The notes beneath the pieces are model-generated. The model was not told the DNA's origin and made no database searches. It saw nothing but the letters and a program-made list of their open reading frames with translations. 64,000 bases of DNA from contig JAHISJ010000012.1 of assembly GCA_018818205.1 (NCBI GenBank), positions 21,523 through 85,522 on the forward strand. Reading direction: 5' to 3'. Position 1 is the stretch's first letter; each line of letters opens with the position of its first letter. Made by a program: the position numbers and the translations under genes. Origin of the DNA: Patescibacteria group bacterium. Its GTDB lineage: Bacteria > Patescibacteriota > JABMPQ01 > JAHIRA01. Positions 58,435-64,000 of this stretch are shown here, one piece after another.

Positions 58435-59082
58435 ATGATTACAATGTTTGCAAGTGCACTTGGTGTTATGATGCTTGTCTCCCCCACTATTATGAATGAA
58501 CCTGACACCAAGGCATATGAGACAGAAGCAGTTGTAGAACAGTCGCATGGCGAAACTGAACATATTCGCCCACTCGAAGAAAGAATAGATCTTTCAAAAT
58601 CTATAGAGACTACTGAAGGTACCGCAACCGGTGCGACGGTAGTCTTAGAACAGAAGTCACTTGAACGTGTCAAAAACGCTGAGAAGCTTGCCTATGAAGA
58701 AGCTAAGCGCAATGATACCACTGGGTTTGACCTTGTATATAGGGCAGCCGGTGAAAAGTATGGTATTCCATGGGAAGTGCTTTCTGCGGTTCATAAAGTA
58801 GAAACCGGCAGACGTGGTAATACCGGAATCGCAAGTTATGCTGGTGCAACCGGACCTATGCAATTTTTACCCTCAACGTTTAGACGCTACGGTGTCGACG
58901 GTGATGGTGACGGCGTTGCAAGCATAAATGATTCCGATGATGCCATCTACTCAGCAGCGAACTATCTTGCTGCAAGTGGCGGTAGCTCAAGCATCAGACG
59001 AGGACTCTATGCATACAATCACTCAGATGCGTATGTAAACAAAGTCCTCGGTGTTGCACGATCTATTGGATATAGAGGATAA
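58435..59082 (+). CDS. lytic transglycosylase (SLT domain)
   Basis: GIPWEVL...VETG...GATGPMQFLPSTF. Confidence 0.7.
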   Translation: MITMFASALGVMMLVSPTIMNEPDTKAYETEAVVEQSHGETEHIRPLEERIDLSKSIETTEGTATGATVVLEQKSLERVKNAEKLAYEEAKRNDTTGFDLVYRAAGEKYGIPWEVLSAVHKVETGRRGNTGIASYAGATGPMQFLPSTFRRYGVDGDGDGVASINDSDDAIYSAANYLAASGGSSSIRRGLYAYNHSDAYVNKVLGVARSIGYRG

Positions 59083-59148
59083 GTAAAAATTAGTTGAACG
59101 AAGATAAAACACCCCTACACATGTAGGGGTGTTTTTGTTTCTTGATAC

Positions 59149-60663
59149 TCACTCCTTATCTAACCGATACTGAAGTGCCTCAGCGATATGATCCTCTCCA
59201 ATATCCTTGACGCCAGATAAATCAGCAATAGTACGGGACACCTTAATAATCCTAAAATACGACCGTGCAGAGAGCTTTAAACGCTTTGCTGCTTGTTGCA
59301 GCAACAATTCTGAAGGAGATGATAGCGCACAAAACGCTTTAATGTGCTTGCTATGCATTTCAGAGTTGGTAAAAACTTGAGTGTCTTTAAATCGATTTTT
59401 TTGAACTTTCCGTGCAGCTTCCACTCTTTTACGAATACTGCTAGATGCTTCATTATCTTGCGTTACGGTCAATTTATCGTAATCAACTCTAGGTACATCT
59501 ACATGCAAATCTATGCGATCGAGCAGTGGTCCAGAGATCTTTTTTTGATACCGTTCTACTTGAGTAGGAGCACACCTGCAATCATGCTCAGGGGAGCCTA
59601 AATAGCCACATGGGCATGGATTCATGGAAGCAACTAAAGAGAACTGTGCAGGAAAACTTAGCGTCTGTCTGGCCCTTGAAATCTGAATCACTCCATCTTC
59701 AAGTGGCTGTCTTAAATTCTCAAGCACCGATCTATCAAACTCCGGAAGCTCGTCTAAAAAGAGAATGCCTCTATGCGCAAGACTTACCTCGCCGGGGCGG
59801 GGAAACGCACCACCACCGACAAGAGAAACACCGGATGCGGAATGATGTGGTGATCTAAATGGACGTTCACAAATAAGCGGTTGTTCACGAGAGAGAAGGC
59901 CAGTAACGCTATGAATCCTACTCACCTCCAGTGCCTCATCAAACGTAAGCTCAGGCATTATTGATGGCAGAGAACGCGCCATAAGCGTCTTTCCGGACCC
60001 TGGAGGCCCCGTAAGCAGAATATTATGTCCACCGCTTGCAGCGATCTCTAACGCTCGTCTAACATGCTCTTGCCCGTTTATATGCTTAAAGTCAGCATCA
60101 TGTGCGTCATTTTTATGAGAAACAAAGGTGTGCTTTTCTTTGACTATCTGTTCCTTTTTATTTAAATGAGCAACAACGTCTGATATATGTGAAGCGCCAT
60201 AAACAGTAAGTCCTGGGATTAAAGCAGCCTCTCTCGCATTCTCTTTTGAAACAAAAAGGGCCTCAACATTTGCGTTCTTTGCAAACGCCGCAATAGACAA
60301 GATCCCCTTGCTCGGCCGCACTGAGCCATCAAGAGATAGTTCCCCCACAAAGATGTTATTTTGAAGCTCCTCATGAATAAACCCCTGCGTATGCAAAATA
60401 CCAAGCGCAATCGCAAGATCGTACGAAGGTCCCTCCTTTTTCAAATCGGCTGGAGCTAAATTTACAGTGATTTTCCCTCGCGTAATACAATCAAACGAGT
60501 TTTTAAGCGCCGCCTTTATGCGATCACGTGACTCCTGCACAGCAGTATCGCCAAGACCAACTATCGTAAATGCCGGAAGACCGGGGCTAATATCGACCTC
60601 AACATACACATCTGTTGAGTCTATACCCATAAGTGCTGCCGAACGTACTGTTATAGTCTGCAT
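59149..60663 (-). CDS. comM: Mg-chelatase-like AAA+ protein ComM/YifB
   Basis: Lon-like N-domain, GPPGSGKT, ILFLDELPEF, C-terminal ChlI domain. Confidence 0.8.
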   Translation of the reverse strand: MQTITVRSAALMGIDSTDVYVEVDISPGLPAFTIVGLGDTAVQESRDRIKAALKNSFDCITRGKITVNLAPADLKKEGPSYDLAIALGILHTQGFIHEELQNNIFVGELSLDGSVRPSKGILSIAAFAKNANVEALFVSKENAREAALIPGLTVYGASHISDVVAHLNKKEQIVKEKHTFVSHKNDAHDADFKHINGQEHVRRALEIAASGGHNILLTGPPGSGKTLMARSLPSIMPELTFDEALEVSRIHSVTGLLSREQPLICERPFRSPHHSASGVSLVGGGAFPRPGEVSLAHRGILFLDELPEFDRSVLENLRQPLEDGVIQISRARQTLSFPAQFSLVASMNPCPCGYLGSPEHDCRCAPTQVERYQKKISGPLLDRIDLHVDVPRVDYDKLTVTQDNEASSSIRKRVEAARKVQKNRFKDTQVFTNSEMHSKHIKAFCALSSPSELLLQQAAKRLKLSARSYFRIIKVSRTIADLSGVKDIGEDHIAEALQYRLDKE

Positions 60664-60729
60664 GTAGTTTCTTTTTAGATAATAAAAAAGCAGAGATATC
60701 TCCGCTTTTTATTATGAAATGGTAAGGCG

Positions 60730-61206
60730 CTACACTGACTTCTGCCAAAAAAATTCTTTAGCACCCAGAAGCAACACACCGCAGACAATGGCAACGTCCG
60801 CAATGTTGAATACCGGCCAAATAAGTACCCCCAGATAATCGGTGACGTAGCCCAAAGTCACTCGATCAACAATATTGCTCAGTGCCCCACCAGCAATACA
60901 GGAAACAATCACCGCATAAAAAGGATTATTAAGCTTTTCACGGTAATAATAGAGTAGAAGTGCCGTTACGACACCAATCAAACTATACAGTATAAACTGT
61001 GGCACAGGAATACCAAACGCGATTCCACTATTTTGATAGTGTGAAACGTTAACATACTCTGACCCAATACTGTCTCCAATCTTGATGTTTTCTCGAACAA
61101 AATACTTTGCTATCTGATCTACACAAAAAACAATACTCCCCGGTAAAAGAAGTAATACAACCTGAACTAAACGGCTACTTTGTGTCTTCTTTGTCTGCAT
61201 CAGCAA
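60730..61206 (-). CDS. lspA: lipoprotein signal peptidase II
   Basis: NSGIAFG and FNIADVAIVCG. Confidence 0.75.
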   Translation of the reverse strand: MLMQTKKTQSSRLVQVVLLLLPGSIVFCVDQIAKYFVRENIKIGDSIGSEYVNVSHYQNSGIAFGIPVPQFILYSLIGVVTALLLYYYREKLNNPFYAVIVSCIAGGALSNIVDRVTLGYVTDYLGVLIWPVFNIADVAIVCGVLLLGAKEFFWQKSV

Positions 61207-61540
61207 TGGTCTCTGCCCATGGGATCGCTTTTAAACGCTCAAGGGGAATTTCTTTACCGGTCTTCTCACAAATACCATACGTACCTTCACCCATTTTTTT
61301 GAGCGCCTTTTTCACCTTCACGAGCTGAACTTCCATCTTCGCTTCAAGATCAAGCCTGACATCATAATCTGCAACCTCTGTGGCATTCTGCTCCTCCTCG
61401 TCTCCATAATTTGGAAACTTGGCATCATAATCATTAGGAACATGTTCGTCCTTTTTTGCTATTTCTGAAAGCTGGCCTTCAAGCATTGTTTCTTGCTCCT
61501 CAAGTTTTGTGCGAAGCAGATCTAATGTTTCTTTATCCAT
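61175..61540 (-). CDS. DksA/TraR-family C4 zinc-finger protein
   Basis: C-terminal C4 finger region (CEKTGKEIPLERLKAIPWAE) after a coiled-coil. Confidence 0.5.
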   Translation of the reverse strand: MDKETLDLLRTKLEEQETMLEGQLSEIAKKDEHVPNDYDAKFPNYGDEEEQNATEVADYDVRLDLEAKMEVQLVKVKKALKKMGEGTYGICEKTGKEIPLERLKAIPWAETIADADKEDTK

Positions 61541-61558
61541 GGTAATCGATTTTAAGGT

Positions 61559-62308
61559 TTATGTATTCTTAACTTCTCTTACTCTCATTATCAGGCCTAT
61601 GGTCGACGCAGTCAAGATAAGAACTGAAAGTAGAAGAGAAAGAATAAACGAACCAGTGTAATTTGCAGTAGAAAGGGCAAGTAGAAGTACTACCAAAAAG
61701 TGCAAAACAGTAATAACAATCAATAGATAATAAAAATAAATACCGCTTTGAATCTTCCTTTTGGACATCTTCCTATATATGAGCGTCCCAATAAAGAGAA
61801 GGATTAAACCAAATGCCTGTGCAAGGTACAGTGAACCGCTCTGGAGTAGCGTAGATGATGTGGTATGACTTTTCCACTCAGACATACCTGCCATAAACCT
61901 GCCAAGCGTTGCCAAGGAAAGTCCTGGAAGACTCGCAAATAGCGCAGCATCAAGCCATGGAAAAAGCTCATCTCTCTTTTTATAGTAAAGCCACAGAAAG
62001 AGGTACCCAAACGCGCCAATAAGTGCGCCTTCCAATGAAAATCCTCCGTACCAATACGTTGCCATTTCACGTGGATTGCTCAGATAATATGAGCAATGCG
62101 CAACGACAAAAAAGAATCTTCCAAGAATAATCCCCAAAAGAACTGCCCAAAAAACATTGTCAAATATACGCTTTGTAGAAAGTGACAGTCTGCGTAACTG
62201 AAGATACAAAACAAACACAGACACTAAAAGCCCCAATAACAAAAAGAACCCAAAATAATAAAGGGTAAATTCTTGATTGAGTAATGAAAAAGAGACAAAT
62301 GCCTGCAT
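61559..62308 (-). CDS. lgt: prolipoprotein diacylglyceryl transferase
   Basis: Polytopic. YWYGGFSLEGALIGAF resembles the Lgt signature. Confidence 0.6.
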   Translation of the reverse strand: MQAFVSFSLLNQEFTLYYFGFFLLLGLLVSVFVLYLQLRRLSLSTKRIFDNVFWAVLLGIILGRFFFVVAHCSYYLSNPREMATYWYGGFSLEGALIGAFGYLFLWLYYKKRDELFPWLDAALFASLPGLSLATLGRFMAGMSEWKSHTTSSTLLQSGSLYLAQAFGLILLFIGTLIYRKMSKRKIQSGIYFYYLLIVITVLHFLVVLLLALSTANYTGSFILSLLLSVLILTASTIGLIMRVREVKNT

Positions 62309-63099
62309 GATAGAAACGATTATGCTTTCAGCCTACACGCTACCATAAAAGCGAAAAAAGGTGAAGAGCGAGAAAAAAAGGAGCACAAATTCAAGAGGGC
62401 GCCGGTTAGGCGCCCCGATAAAATTAATTCATAGGCACTTCCGACGCCCTACTCGTCCTAATCCTCTTAGCAATTTCCTCCGTAAAAACGGAAGAGCATG
62501 CTAACATGGGGATAAGGACGGGACGCATTCAAGTACCGATTTAACTTGAAAGATATACTCCAACCATTCTTATGGATACATAGTCTATTTTGGACTAAGA
62601 ATCCTAATTTTGTTTTTGTTGAACGAACAAGGCCCTTAATAAAGGGCGGGAGAATCGGCTCCCAGACGAACAGTAGGAGAGAAATGAAACGAATGCTTTT
62701 CGTATCGTTTCACTCCTACCATCCGCTCCTTAGATTTTGGATGGATGTATGTTTGAGCTGTTTGTATAATGTTCTTCTTCACTACACTAAATGTATCACA
62801 TTTTTAGCACTTAGTCAACCCTAGCTGTGTTCATTAATCCACATGAGAACTATGCTTATTTAAGGCATTTCTGTAAAGTTATACACAATTTTTGTTCAGT
62901 TGTCCACATGGACCTCGAGCTTTTCCCATGGTTATGCACAGAATTCGATCGGTTATCCACACACGGACTGAACAAACCTTGTGTTTTACTTGAAGATTCT
63001 CTCAAAAAAACTGTATGCAGCCCATTTAAGCTCTTTCCTGAGACCGTCTCCTGTGGATAGATAGGGGGGGGGCACTGTACGATAAATACAAAGAAATCT

Positions 63100-63975
63100 T
63101 TAGGCGCTTTTTTTCGATTTCTCTTCCATAAGATCAGAGTGCGTCATAAATCGCATTGTCTGTTTAGGAATATGATCAAAAAACGCGGTAGCATACTGCT
63201 TCATTGCTCGTTGATCTAACACAATAAACTCTCCCGTATCTTCCTTTGAACCTAAAAGTGTTTGGAATATCTTATCAAAGACCATCACTGCCCGTGGCAT
63301 AACCAGTGTCCTAAAATAATTGTTAGAATCATCTATTTTCTCAATGGGCTTTGGTGGTTGGAACGGCAAGGTAGTTACAATAAATACATCAAATTGTTTT
63401 GCATCAATATCGGCATTAAGTAAAAATGGTGGAGAGCAAATCAGCAGTGGCTTCTTTGACCTTGCTGCATTACTTAATACTTTGTCCATACCACCTGATG
63501 CTCCTTGGAAAAAAGCATCAATATTACTTTCTCTAAACGCATTGGCATAGTACTTAAAAAAATCAGTAATGCTTCCTTTGTTTTTAAGGACGAGTACTAC
63601 TCCGCGTGAAGCTGATAAATAGACATCAGCCACGGTAGTGTGAAGCTTCTTGTAAAAGTTTCTATCGCTCTCTTCAGGAAAATCGGTTACGACAATAGTT
63701 TCTGTTTGAGTGCGCAAGTCAAGCTCTGGTGTAATACCCTCTGTTTCAAACTGCTTTACCTGCACGACAGGCTCAATGAGAGGAAATAGCCGCTTCTCGC
63801 TATATTTTGACAAAAGAATTGTTGACTGTGACCGCGTATCAAAGTACTCCCTGACATCTGGTATCTTCTCAAAAACAGGAGTCATAGTAAAAAGCAGAGA
63901 CGTTTCAAGTAAGACTATTTCATGCAAATACGTCTTACTTGTCGTGAAAAAAAGTTCCACTTCCTCATTGAACAC
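63100..63975 (-). CDS. hypothetical protein
   Basis: ORF only. Confidence 0.35.
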   Translation of the reverse strand: MFNEEVELFFTTSKTYLHEIVLLETSLLFTMTPVFEKIPDVREYFDTRSQSTILLSKYSEKRLFPLIEPVVQVKQFETEGITPELDLRTQTETIVVTDFPEESDRNFYKKLHTTVADVYLSASRGVVLVLKNKGSITDFFKYYANAFRESNIDAFFQGASGGMDKVLSNAARSKKPLLICSPPFLLNADIDAKQFDVFIVTTLPFQPPKPIEKIDDSNNYFRTLVMPRAVMVFDKIFQTLLGSKEDTGEFIVLDQRAMKQYATAFFDHIPKQTMRFMTHSDLMEEKSKKSA

Positions 63976-64000
63976 ACTCAGTAGATCTGTATACCCACTC

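Noticed and set aside
1-64000. Possibility of an alternative genetic code (UGA recoded), as in some candidate phyla
   Set aside because: All long motif-bearing genes are uninterrupted under the standard code, so UGA readthrough is not needed.

Overview
This is an AT-rich bacterial window with a small-genome gene content that may point to a Patescibacteria/CPR-like organism (inference only). ORFs are uninterrupted under the standard code. Three blocks are present. Block 1 (1-3300) holds a 5'-partial clpC, comFC, a tandem ~120-bp repeat and tRNA-Ser(TGA). Block 2 (~3400-25800) holds about 25 small, same-strand ORFs of unrelated function: 2 Fic, 2 NUDIX, 2 GNAT (one a pseudogene), Mrr-like and PD-(D/E)xK nucleases, racemase, FAD oxidoreductase, ClpP-like, ComB-like, ParB-like and others. 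Almost every one is followed by a 60-200 bp imperfect hairpin repeat that starts RYYYAAC and ends AAC|GTTRRRY. I read this as an integron-type cassette array of attC-like sites with no integrase in the window. Two of the sites carry IS insertions, one IS110 family and one IS4 family. The array ends at tRNA-Arg(GCG), which is followed by an inverted copy of the same ~120-bp repeat found next to tRNA-Ser. Block 3 (26900-64000) is core genome: recG, radA, and an ~18.5-kb minus-strand cluster of secreted and membrane proteins containing VirB4, VirB6/TrbL-like and VirB3-like genes, a membrane-anchored CHAP hydrolase, PD40 propeller proteins and Asp-rich calcium-binding giants. This looks like a type IV secretion-like apparatus with no coupling protein or relaxase. 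After it come ksgA, a polyprenyl synthase, a UbiA prenyltransferase with a long N-terminal extension, a DUF3800 islet, pcrA, two cell-wall hydrolase genes sharing a promoter motif, comM, lspA, a DksA/TraR-type gene and lgt. All calls come from reading motifs in the sequence and translations. No database searches were run.
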